Source of the DNA: an uncultured virus (IMG/VR IMGVR_UViG_3300026521_000001)
Lineage: Duplodnaviria; Heunggongvirae; Uroviricota; Caudoviricetes
Reading direction: 5' to 3' (one strand)
IMG/VR virus record: IMGVR_UViG_3300026521_000001
DNA length: 20,000 bases
Part shown: in pieces, positions 1 to 9,100 of the stretch
Numbering within the stretch: position 1 is the stretch's first letter
Layout: the number at the start of each line of letters is the position of its first letter
Notes under the pieces: model-generated
What the model saw: the letters and a program-made list of their open reading frames with translations, nothing else
What the model was told of the DNA's origin: nothing
The model's database searches: none
Program-made: the position numbers and the translations under genes

Positions 1-813
1 AACACAGCTGCTTCTTTATTAGATAAATTTAAAGTTAGTCAATATAAACTATATAAAGTACTTAAAAATCTTAATTTAAGTAGGGAACAAACTTATATAA
101 ATTTAGTAACTAAACACCCACCGTATAATATATCTGCATTTGAATTAATAAAAAAATATAAGTTAAAGTCAGTTAAAATAGTTACTTTAAAAAAGTACGC
201 TATAAAAATATATGGAGAAGCTTATATGGATTTTTATGATAAGCAATCAATGGAATTAGAAGAAGAAATAAAAGAAATGTTAAATACTTATGAATTTCCT
301 TTATTACAATTAGGTAGACAAGGTATAATAGATTATTTAGGTATTGGTGTAAATAAATATAATAAAATACGTAAACAAAGAAAATGGACAAAAAGAAAAG
401 AATATAAAAAATTATTTAATAGATATCCATTAAATGAATATTCTATGAAAGAACTTTCAAATATAGTAAATAAGAGTAAAGATATGATTATAGAATGGGC
501 AGAGAGATTAAATGTAAAAAGAATAAATAAAAAAGCAATATCTATAAGTGTAATTAAAGCACGTAGAAAAAGGTACGGTTTAATGCCTGTAAAAGAGCAA
601 GTAAAAAAATTATCTTATAAAGATATAAAGATATGGTTTGAAGATAAATTATTGAACCAGAGAGAATTATCAGTGAAAGAAATAAAAGAATATTTGGGTA
701 GAAAAGATATGAATAAAGTACTTTACTGGATCAAGAAGAATTATGGTTTAATAGATTATGTATTTGACTATAAAGAATTAAAATACAAATTAAAGGAAAG
801 TGATGACATATAA
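1..813 (+). CDS. Basic, probably multi-HTH DNA-binding protein (5'-truncated by the window edge, or starting at 226)
   Basis: Frame +1 is stop-free from base 1 (NTAASLLDKFKVSQYKLYKVLK...) into the listed 226..813 ORF. Lys-rich with several HTH-like segments (YSMKELSNIVNKSKDMIIEWAERL; LSVKEIKEYLGRKDMNKVLYWIKK). A GGAG near 214-217 leaves 226 as a possible start. Confidence 0.6.
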   Translation, partial: NTAASLLDKFKVSQYKLYKVLKNLNLSREQTYINLVTKHPPYNISAFELIKKYKLKSVKIVTLKKYAIKIYGEAYMDFYDKQSMELEEEIKEMLNTYEFPLLQLGRQGIIDYLGIGVNKYNKIRKQRKWTKRKEYKKLFNRYPLNEYSMKELSNIVNKSKDMIIEWAERLNVKRINKKAISISVIKARRKRYGLMPVKEQVKKLSYKDIKIWFEDKLLNQRELSVKEIKEYLGRKDMNKVLYWIKKNYGLIDYVFDYKELKYKLKESDDI

Positions 814-1072
814 AGATTTTATAGAAGAAGAAATTATAAAAGAGTTAAAAGTAGGAGAATATACTGCAAAAGTAGTTAATTGGAATAGTGCTAAATGGAC
901 TAATACAGAAGTTATAATTAATACATTTAAAGGACATAAAGCTTATTATTCTGGAGGTAGTAGTATCTTATTAGTAAGTAAAAATGATTTTAAAGTAAAA
1001 ACTAAAAGAGGAATTACCAAAGATATTAAAAAAATGTATGAAGAACATAACAAAGATAAAGGAGCAGCATAA
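803..1072 (+). CDS. Hypothetical phage protein (~89 aa)
   Basis: AAGGA at 793-797 before GTG800/ATG803; overlaps the upstream gene's end; its TAA overlaps the next ATG (TAATG). No family recognised. Confidence 0.75.
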   Translation: MTYKDFIEEEIIKELKVGEYTAKVVNWNSAKWTNTEVIINTFKGHKAYYSGGSSILLVSKNDFKVKTKRGITKDIKKMYEEHNKDKGAA

Positions 1073-1335
1073 TGCAAACTGAAGAAATTTTAAAACAAAG
1101 AGGAAATAGGTATGGAGAATTTGAAGATTTAGCTGTAATTAGCCAAAAATTAAAAGACATTGTGTATGAAGTAGAAGGTGTAGGTCAGGACAAAGCATTA
1201 ATGGAAGCTATTGAAATGATAATGCATAAAATAGCAAGAATTCTTAATGGGGACGAAACTTACATTGATAACTGGGTAGATATTGCTGGTTATGCAACTT
1301 TAGCAGTACATTACTTAGAAAAAAATAAAGTATAG
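1072..1335 (+). CDS. DUF6378-like small all-alpha phage protein (possibly MazG-like/nucleotide related)
   Basis: Motifs RGNRYGEF, MHKIARILNGD and DNWVDIAGYATL match the family pattern as I recall it; AAGGAG RBS at ~1059-1064. Confidence 0.8.
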   Translation: MQTEEILKQRGNRYGEFEDLAVISQKLKDIVYEVEGVGQDKALMEAIEMIMHKIARILNGDETYIDNWVDIAGYATLAVHYLEKNKV

Positions 1336-1346
1336 GAGAAATATAA

Positions 1347-1544
1347 ATGAATATAGGAGAAAAGTTCAAACATGTAAGTAGGCTATCTATTTATAAGATA
1401 ATTGATTTAGTTTTATTGGAAGTAAAAGGTAGAGTTGAACCAGGAGTAGTATATGTAAAAGAAGAGGAACCAGAAACTAAATACTGTAGAAGTATTAGAA
1501 GCTTTAAATCTAATTTTAATAAGGTTCGATATGGCTGCAATTAA
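1347..1544 (+). CDS. DUF1653-like small beta protein
   Basis: Pattern GxKFKH...YKII...VVY...YCRSxxSF resembles the DUF1653 consensus (GxYrHyKG..Y.V...VVY...wvRp..mF); AGGAG RBS at 1334-1338. Confidence 0.65.
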   Translation: MNIGEKFKHVSRLSIYKIIDLVLLEVKGRVEPGVVYVKEEEPETKYCRSIRSFKSNFNKVRYGCN

Positions 1545-1692
1545 AAATTTTTTTATAGCTATTATATTAACAGTATTAGCTATAGTAGTATGGTTTAGTA
1601 GTATTATAATAGGTTATTTTTTAGCTATAGTAGGAGGGATAGCATTAGCTATCTTCTCTTTATTTAGTTTATTATCTCTTTTGAGAAAATAG
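1531..1692 (+). CDS. 53-aa membrane protein (likely two TM helices); below the ORF-track cutoff
   Basis: Hand translation: MAAIKNFFIAIILTVLAIVVWFSSIIIGYFLAIVGGIALAIFSLFSLLSLLRK*; TAAGGT RBS at ~1520-1525; overlaps the previous gene and fills the gap up to the convergent gene. Confidence 0.8.
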   Translation: MAAIKNFFIAIILTVLAIVVWFSSIIIGYFLAIVGGIALAIFSLFSLLSLLRK

Positions 1693-1693
1693 A

Positions 1694-4600
1694 TTAATAA
1701 CTAAATAATCTATTTATCCTACTAAATGGATCCATTAGATTTTCTGCTTCGTCAAAGAAATGAATTTGTCTAGCTGCTATTAAATCAGTAGGAGTGTGAG
1801 TATATGTTTCATATATTTCAGGAACATCTATTAATAATTCATTTATACTACCAAGTTTAGCTACACCTAAAGGTTTCATTTTTATAGTATTTTTTATTAC
1901 TTTTACTGTTCCAAGTAAAAATTTACTAAACATAAACATACCAGTATCATTAGCATATTTTAAATATTCATTCTGGTTCAAGTTGTAATTAATAAAGTAT
2001 TGATCGGCTAATAATAAAGCCTCTTTTTCAGATTTATGTTCTTTTAGAATATAATAATCCATCAATGTTTTCTTAGCTACAACATCTCCATATTGCATTA
2101 TTTTTAATGCTTTTTTAAATAAAGCTGTATCTTCTGTAATAAATAAGGTTTTTACTATACTTTGTGCTTCTGGTTTTAATTTAGATATGTATTTTTTTTC
2201 TATAAAATTAGATATTAAATTAGTATCATTTATATTAGATATAGTAGCATCTTCAATAATTGAACCAACAATACCGCTTTCTACTAATGAATTTAATTTA
2301 TTTTTACTAATAGAGTTTCTTAAATGTTTTAATTTAATTCTTTCTTTAGTAGTAATAATCTTTGCTTTTTCTTTAGATTCTAACTTTCTCATTTCATTAT
2401 ATTCTTTATTTAATTTATCGTACTCAATCCAGTTCTTCTTCATTTCTCTAAACACTTTTTCTATAGGCATATATTGAGATAATACCCAAAAGTTAGACAT
2501 CAAGTTTCCTAATAATACTGCACCATTAGCAATTACCATAAGTGGTTTAACTAATTTAATAAAATCTTTCCATAATTTTTCAAATAATTGAATTTTTCTT
2601 CTTATTTTATTTATATTTTTATTTGTAACATTTTTTAATAACCAGTGATTATATAAAGTTGGATCTTTATACCCCATAGTATTTTTTATTAAATGTGTTG
2701 GTATAGGTAATAATTTATTTCCTAAATATTCTTTAGTAGCTTTAGGTAATATAGCATATAAATCTGGATTAAGTATTTCTCCTGATACTGGATCAACTCC
2801 TATATATGTATATAAATGAGGTTTACTTCTATCCCATGAACCAAGAAAATAATCTATTAATTGTTTATTAATTTCAGTACCATTTATTTTTAAAAACATA
2901 TGTGATTGAGTATTAGATATTACACTTCTTATATCTAAATCATGATTATTTAATTCTGCTTCATGGTCTTTTCTTAAAACATATCTATAATCAACTACTT
3001 CTCCATCTTCATTATACAAAGGAACTACTTTAGTTTCTTTTCTCTCTTTCAATTCTTCAGCTACTTCTTTAGGATTAAAATTTTCATTAGTGTTAATTAC
3101 TGATAATTTATTCTTTATATTTTTAAGTATTTCTTCTCTATATTTTTCTGGATTATCAATATATTCATCACTTAATTTTAATCCCATAGTTGATTGATTA
3201 GTAATTTCAAATGCTCCCTTAGTATAAGCTGGTTCTGTATTTAATCTTTTCATTACATAACTTGTACCAATAGTATTTTTTAATAATCCATTTTCTCCAT
3301 TTATAGTATAATCTACTTCCCACCCATGTGATTTATATAGTTCTAATTTAGAAGCATCTATAACTGCAGACTCATATAAAGATTTACTTTTAGGTTTTAT
3401 ATAACCTTTTATTACATGGACTGGATTAGGGAATAAAGTAAGAGTATCTTTTTTTATAGTATTTCTTATATATTTAATCATCTTAGAGAAGTTTTCTTCA
3501 TCTTCTTCAACATAAGTAATTAATACTTCTAAAGATTTTCCATCTAAATAGTTTATTGAATATAGAGTAGCTAATTCATCTATCTCTTTACTTAAATCTT
3601 CTGTTATATGTCTATCTGATTCTTCTAAAATAAATAACTGTTTAGCTATACCATTAGCATTTAGTTGTAAATGTTCTACTGTAACTTCTCCTGTAAGCAT
3701 ATAATAAGCTAATGCTTTAGTCTGATTTATCATTGCTCTACCATAAGGATGCTCCATTATTCTTTTTTCTAATATTGCTATTCTATTGTCTCTTGCAGGT
3801 TTAACTAATATATATCTTTTTAGTCTATTAATAGGAATAATTGCCAAATCTGTCATTAATATAGCTTTAGTTAATCTTTTTAGTTTATTAGGTGTCTTTA
3901 AACTATCAGGAAGTAAACTGTCTAATAATTCTATATTAGCTGATTCTTGTTGCATTCTTACAGTTTCTTGCATATGTTTTATTTTATTATATAATTCATA
4001 GAATTTAGAATCTAATATATTATCTCTAAACATTTCATTATAAACATCTCTTATTAAACCAGCAATATCTAAATTGAATCTCGCTATAGCTTTAGCATTT
4101 TCTTTAGCTATTCTTGCTAACATTTCTGGATCTTTAACTTTATCTTCTATATGTTTTAAAGTATTATCTACTCCTTGCATAACTAATTTTACAGAACTTT
4201 TAACTCCATTTAATATTTCTTTTACACCTTTTAATTTATTTAGTTCTCTAAATAATTGAGCTATTTTTAATTTTTCTAATAAAGGCGTCTCAGAATAAGT
4301 ATTATTAGCCATTTTTTCAGTTAATAATATAGCAGTAGCAAATATATCATTTAGTTCTTTAGAAGCAGGTTTTTTAGTCATATTCATTATAATTTGATTA
4401 AAAGCTTTAATCACTAAATCTAATAATCTTTCAATACCATTTTTAGGTATTATACCTTCTATTTCAAGATTAGACACTTTAATGTCATTATTTTTTATAT
4501 AATTATTTAAAATATTATTTGTAGTAGCAATAGTAAAAAACTCTTCTGGATCTCCTTTTATATATCTATACATTTCCTTAGATTGTCTTTTAGCTTCGTC

Positions 4601-6076
4601 GGTATGTTCTACACCTATAGGAATAAAAAATGTCTCAGGATCGATTTCTGGATTATTATCAAGGTGTTTTATCACAGCTTGTTGTAATTGTAATAATCTG
4701 GTTCTTAATTTAGCATCTACAGATAAGGCTGTGTGTGTCATTAAGTGAGTCATTTCATGTAGAAATATTTCTTTTTCTGTTTGAAGAGATAATTTAGAAC
4801 CAGAAGATAATCTAATTAATGTTTTTTCTAATACAGCTGAACCACGATTAAAAGTTTTATTTATATAAGTTATTACTTTTAGTTTTTCTCCTACTTTAAA
4901 TATAGTCTTAATTCCTTTAGATACTTTTTCTAATATAGATTTTTCAGTAGGGGTCATAGTTTCATCTAAAGTAGCTAAGAAATCTTTAACATCTTCTTCT
5001 GTTTCAAGTAATATTTCTTCTTGTTTAGTTCCCATTGATTTAACCCAAGAAGATCCCATTTCTTTATTATTATATTTTACATGTGATACACCTTTGATAC
5101 TATATGTCCTTGTTTGTTCTTTACCTTTTATAGTATATGTATTTATTCCTCTTTCTATTTTTGGAGCTACTTTTTTAATAATTTTAAAAGGTAATTTAAT
5201 TAATTCAGAATGATTTACTTCACTTAATTTATTAGTTTTTAAATTAATAATTTTATATATATTTTTACTATAATCTACTATTATTCCTATTACTGATTTA
5301 TTATTTTTAGTATTTATTTTAATTACTGAACCAGGAGATATAGTATTAATATCTTCTTTTATTTTTTTCTTTTTAAATCTTTCTAATCTTTTTAATAATT
5401 TTATTTTATCTGATTTATCTATGTTTTGGGCAAAGTCTATTTTAGCTGGATCATCTATATCAGGATTATCTTCTATAGGAATTATTCTTAAATATTTCAT
5501 TACATTGTCGTCTGTAAGGCTTAAATCATAAGGAGCCCTTTTTAAAAATGCTTCTTTAAATGACATACCTTCTTCTTCCATAAAATACTCTACCATAGGT
5601 TCATGTAACCAATAATAATATTCATCAGTACCTTTTTCAGGTACTTTAGGTTTACTATTTATCATATAATCTACTTGTTTAAAATCAATAGTATAAGGTT
5701 TATTATTTATAAATACTAATAATGCTTTATGCGATACTTTTCTAATTTCATAACTATCTGTTTTTACAGCTGTAGATATACTTAATCTATAATGCTCATA
5801 TTTAGTATTTTTAAAAATATGAGATAATATATCAGTAACTGATATACATGAACTTCCATCACATAGTTTAGCAGCATCAATTAAATCATCTATATATTTA
5901 TATGATAAAATTCTATCTTTTAAAATTTGTACATTATTATCTTGTATATTAGTGGTAGGATTCGTTACATCTGTAATAAAACTATCTGTATTATAGTCTA
6001 TAAGTTCTTTTTTAGCTTTATTGAAAGCAGTTTTTACTATTTTTAATTGATTATTACTTATACTACATTTACTCAT
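1694..6076 (-). CDS. Stand-alone C-terminal part of an N4-like virion RNA polymerase, with zincin-like HExxH domain (1460 aa)
   Basis: IFLHEMTHLMT (H440-E441-H444, nt 4745-4759) followed by PEEFFTIATTN. The C-terminal QYGDVVAKKTLMD...EAL...QYFINYN...YANDTGMFMFSKF...KPL resembles the N4 gp50 C-terminus as recalled (EYSDFIAKAIIYD...EAL...EEFINYD...MGLMWFYNF). Own AAGGA RBS. Confidence 0.85.
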   Translation of the reverse strand: MSKCSISNNQLKIVKTAFNKAKKELIDYNTDSFITDVTNPTTNIQDNNVQILKDRILSYKYIDDLIDAAKLCDGSSCISVTDILSHIFKNTKYEHYRLSISTAVKTDSYEIRKVSHKALLVFINNKPYTIDFKQVDYMINSKPKVPEKGTDEYYYWLHEPMVEYFMEEEGMSFKEAFLKRAPYDLSLTDDNVMKYLRIIPIEDNPDIDDPAKIDFAQNIDKSDKIKLLKRLERFKKKKIKEDINTISPGSVIKINTKNNKSVIGIIVDYSKNIYKIINLKTNKLSEVNHSELIKLPFKIIKKVAPKIERGINTYTIKGKEQTRTYSIKGVSHVKYNNKEMGSSWVKSMGTKQEEILLETEEDVKDFLATLDETMTPTEKSILEKVSKGIKTIFKVGEKLKVITYINKTFNRGSAVLEKTLIRLSSGSKLSLQTEKEIFLHEMTHLMTHTALSVDAKLRTRLLQLQQAVIKHLDNNPEIDPETFFIPIGVEHTDEAKRQSKEMYRYIKGDPEEFFTIATTNNILNNYIKNNDIKVSNLEIEGIIPKNGIERLLDLVIKAFNQIIMNMTKKPASKELNDIFATAILLTEKMANNTYSETPLLEKLKIAQLFRELNKLKGVKEILNGVKSSVKLVMQGVDNTLKHIEDKVKDPEMLARIAKENAKAIARFNLDIAGLIRDVYNEMFRDNILDSKFYELYNKIKHMQETVRMQQESANIELLDSLLPDSLKTPNKLKRLTKAILMTDLAIIPINRLKRYILVKPARDNRIAILEKRIMEHPYGRAMINQTKALAYYMLTGEVTVEHLQLNANGIAKQLFILEESDRHITEDLSKEIDELATLYSINYLDGKSLEVLITYVEEDEENFSKMIKYIRNTIKKDTLTLFPNPVHVIKGYIKPKSKSLYESAVIDASKLELYKSHGWEVDYTINGENGLLKNTIGTSYVMKRLNTEPAYTKGAFEITNQSTMGLKLSDEYIDNPEKYREEILKNIKNKLSVINTNENFNPKEVAEELKERKETKVVPLYNEDGEVVDYRYVLRKDHEAELNNHDLDIRSVISNTQSHMFLKINGTEINKQLIDYFLGSWDRSKPHLYTYIGVDPVSGEILNPDLYAILPKATKEYLGNKLLPIPTHLIKNTMGYKDPTLYNHWLLKNVTNKNINKIRRKIQLFEKLWKDFIKLVKPLMVIANGAVLLGNLMSNFWVLSQYMPIEKVFREMKKNWIEYDKLNKEYNEMRKLESKEKAKIITTKERIKLKHLRNSISKNKLNSLVESGIVGSIIEDATISNINDTNLISNFIEKKYISKLKPEAQSIVKTLFITEDTALFKKALKIMQYGDVVAKKTLMDYYILKEHKSEKEALLLADQYFINYNLNQNEYLKYANDTGMFMFSKFLLGTVKVIKNTIKMKPLGVAKLGSINELLIDVPEIYETYTHTPTDLIAARQIHFFDEAENLMDPFSRINRLFSY

Positions 6077-6100
6077 TTGTATCCTTTGTTTTTTAACATT

Positions 6101-9100
6101 TTAACATAAATTATTATATTCTATAGATTCTATTTCATCTAAAGGTATATTATGCATCATACTAAAATAATGTAATTTTTCACTTAATTTATGTATATAT
6201 TCTTTAGATAATTTTTTTTCATCCTGTTCAAACATTGACTCTGTAACTGCAAACATTCTATCTTGGTCATATTGAGAAAATTCTACAATAGATACTTTTT
6301 CCTTTTTTAATGCTTCATTAGTAATTAACATAAATCCTTTCTTATTTTCTTGTAATTTCTTGTATATATTACTTTTTACTACATTTGGTGTTGGAGTACT
6401 ATCAAAGTTTTTTCCTGTTAAATCTAAAAGGTCTTCTATACTCATTGCTTCAAGTTTTGTAACTAATTCAGGGGAAAATATTTTATCATGATATATCCAT
6501 TGTCTGAGTATATTAGGATCTAAATTTATTAATAAATCAGCTAAATCTTCTGTTAGTTCAGTGTATTTATACTGTTTATTTTTATTACTCAGTTTTTTGT
6601 AGATTACTTCTTTTAAGGGTTGCCAGGTATCACTTCTAATATCATCTCCTGTTTCATCAATATAATAAGAACCCCCTTCTAATAAATCACTTGTAGAAGG
6701 GATATCATCCATATTTTTAGTAGCTGTTACATAAACAAATTTATTTGCATTTTTATTTGTCTCTTTTGGTTCAATTCCAAATACTACCATATCATTTCTG
6801 TTATCTACATCCATAACATATAACTCTGTATCTTTTTGTTTAACAGCATTTATTATATTAGTAAAGAATAATATACCTTCTTCTGTTAAATTATCTTTAT
6901 TTCTCTCTACAAAGTCAGGGTCATAAGTTTTTTTTGTTGTACGTGTTAAACCTGTTACAGTTATAAAACTTCCATCCTTTAATTCTAAAGCACTTAAAGA
7001 ACCTGCTTCTTTCATTACAGTTTCTGTATCCATTACAAAGAAATGTGGATTAGTACCATCATATATAGTAGTAGTTGATACTTGCTGTTGCTCTTCTTGT
7101 TGTGTTTGTTGATTGTTGTTGAATGTTTCTGCTATATATAATGCACCTATTGATGCTTTAATATCACTCATTTTTTTCATAAATTCAGAAGAATAATCTT
7201 TCCCATTTTTTAATGTATCAAATCTTGCTCCTTGTGATGGGACATAAGTAACTTCAATATTTTTATCTGTTATAATTTTTATATAATCTGATTTATATTT
7301 ATCACTTATAACATTAAAATTAACATCCATATATTCAATATTTTGTATATTTCCAAAATTTTTTATAAATTCATTTGCAAATTCTTGTCTTTTTTGTAAT
7401 AGAACATTTGTAACATTAAATATATTATTTTGTTCTTGTGGTTCTTCTTTTTTATTAAATCTATCTTCAAATGCTTGTTTATGGAAAATATCATAGTTAT
7501 TATGTACTTTTTTATATTCATTTGGTTGTAAATTATATTTTTCTTTTAATTTATTAAATTCTTCTTCTGTAACTCTGAAAGCATAATTATTAGTTCCTAA
7601 TACTTTAGCTGGTATATTATTATTTATAGCAGCTATAATACCAGCCTCATCAATACCTGTTTGACCCCCACTTCTAATTAAATGAATTTTTATACCATTA
7701 TTTAATAGTTCTTCTATAAGTTTAGTTAAATATTTATTTAATGTATCTTGATTTGTTTGATTAAAACTATATATACCATTACCTGCTATATTTAATTCAA
7801 TGCTATCTTTACCTAATGCTTTTATTTTTTCTACTAAGTTGTTAATAACTGACTTTGTTAATTTAATATTACCGTCTTGAATATTAATAGGTAAATATAA
7901 TTTACCATTCTGATTAACAGCTTTCTTTGTTAATTTTTCTCCAGGAGTATTAAAATCAGTAGCTATTGCAATAGTTACATCAGCATTAGCATTTGTTCTT
8001 GTTCTATCAGCATAATTATTGTTATTGATTGTTTCAATACTAACATTTTCCGATAAAGTATTATTATTATTATTATTATTTAAAGATTTATTATTTCTAT
8101 TATTATAATACCAGTGTCTAAAGTCTTTAAATCCTTGATTATCTCCTGCTTTATTAGCTGTTTTTTTATAAAAATTACTCTTCTCCTTATGTTCTTTATC
8201 AAATAGATTATATTTCAAGAAATCATATAAAGCATTTTTAAAATGTTCATCTTCAGACATTCCATACTTATCAGTAATTTCAATTACTAAATCTTTTAAA
8301 TTATCTATTTCAGTATCTTGTAATATTTTATGTAAAATTTTACTTATTTTAGGTAAATTAGCTAATACATTAAGTAATCCGTCTCCAGCATTTTTACTAT
8401 CTATATATGGAGTTAAATTTAAATAATTATCCATTATAGTATTTGCTTCTTCTTCACTTATATTTAATTTATCTGGATCCAGAGTATTAAATAAATTATC
8501 TAATATAACTTTTATATCTTTTAATTTAAATTGAGAATCAACACTATCAGTAATATAGTTATGTAATACTGTTATATCATAGTTTTCTAATATGTCTCTT
8601 ACTTTATCTTTGGCTGTATTTAAAGCTTCTCCATCTGTTAAATCTTTGATACTTTTTTCAATAGTAAATAATATATCTCCTAAAGAAGAAAATACATTAC
8701 TAATAGTCTTTTCATCTATTTTAGATATTTTATTAAAGTCTAAACTACCATCTTTATTTAAAGCACTATATATTTTAGATTTTAATTCTAATAAAGGTCT
8801 TAAATTGCCTACATTATTTATATGTTTAGCTGTTTCTTCATTTTTTAGTAAAGCACCTATTTTAGATAACATTGCTAAGTAAGTATTATAGTTAAAATGA
8901 TTATTTAATAAAGCTTCATTATAATCTTTAATAATAGAATTATTAGAATTATCTACTCCAAATAATAAGGCATCAAATATATGCATTGCTTTATATAAAT
9001 TATCATTTACTAAGAGTGAATCTACTATAGTTTTACTGTCTATCTGATGTGCTAATATAGGACCAATAGCAGGTAAATTTTCAATAAAGAAATCTACTTT

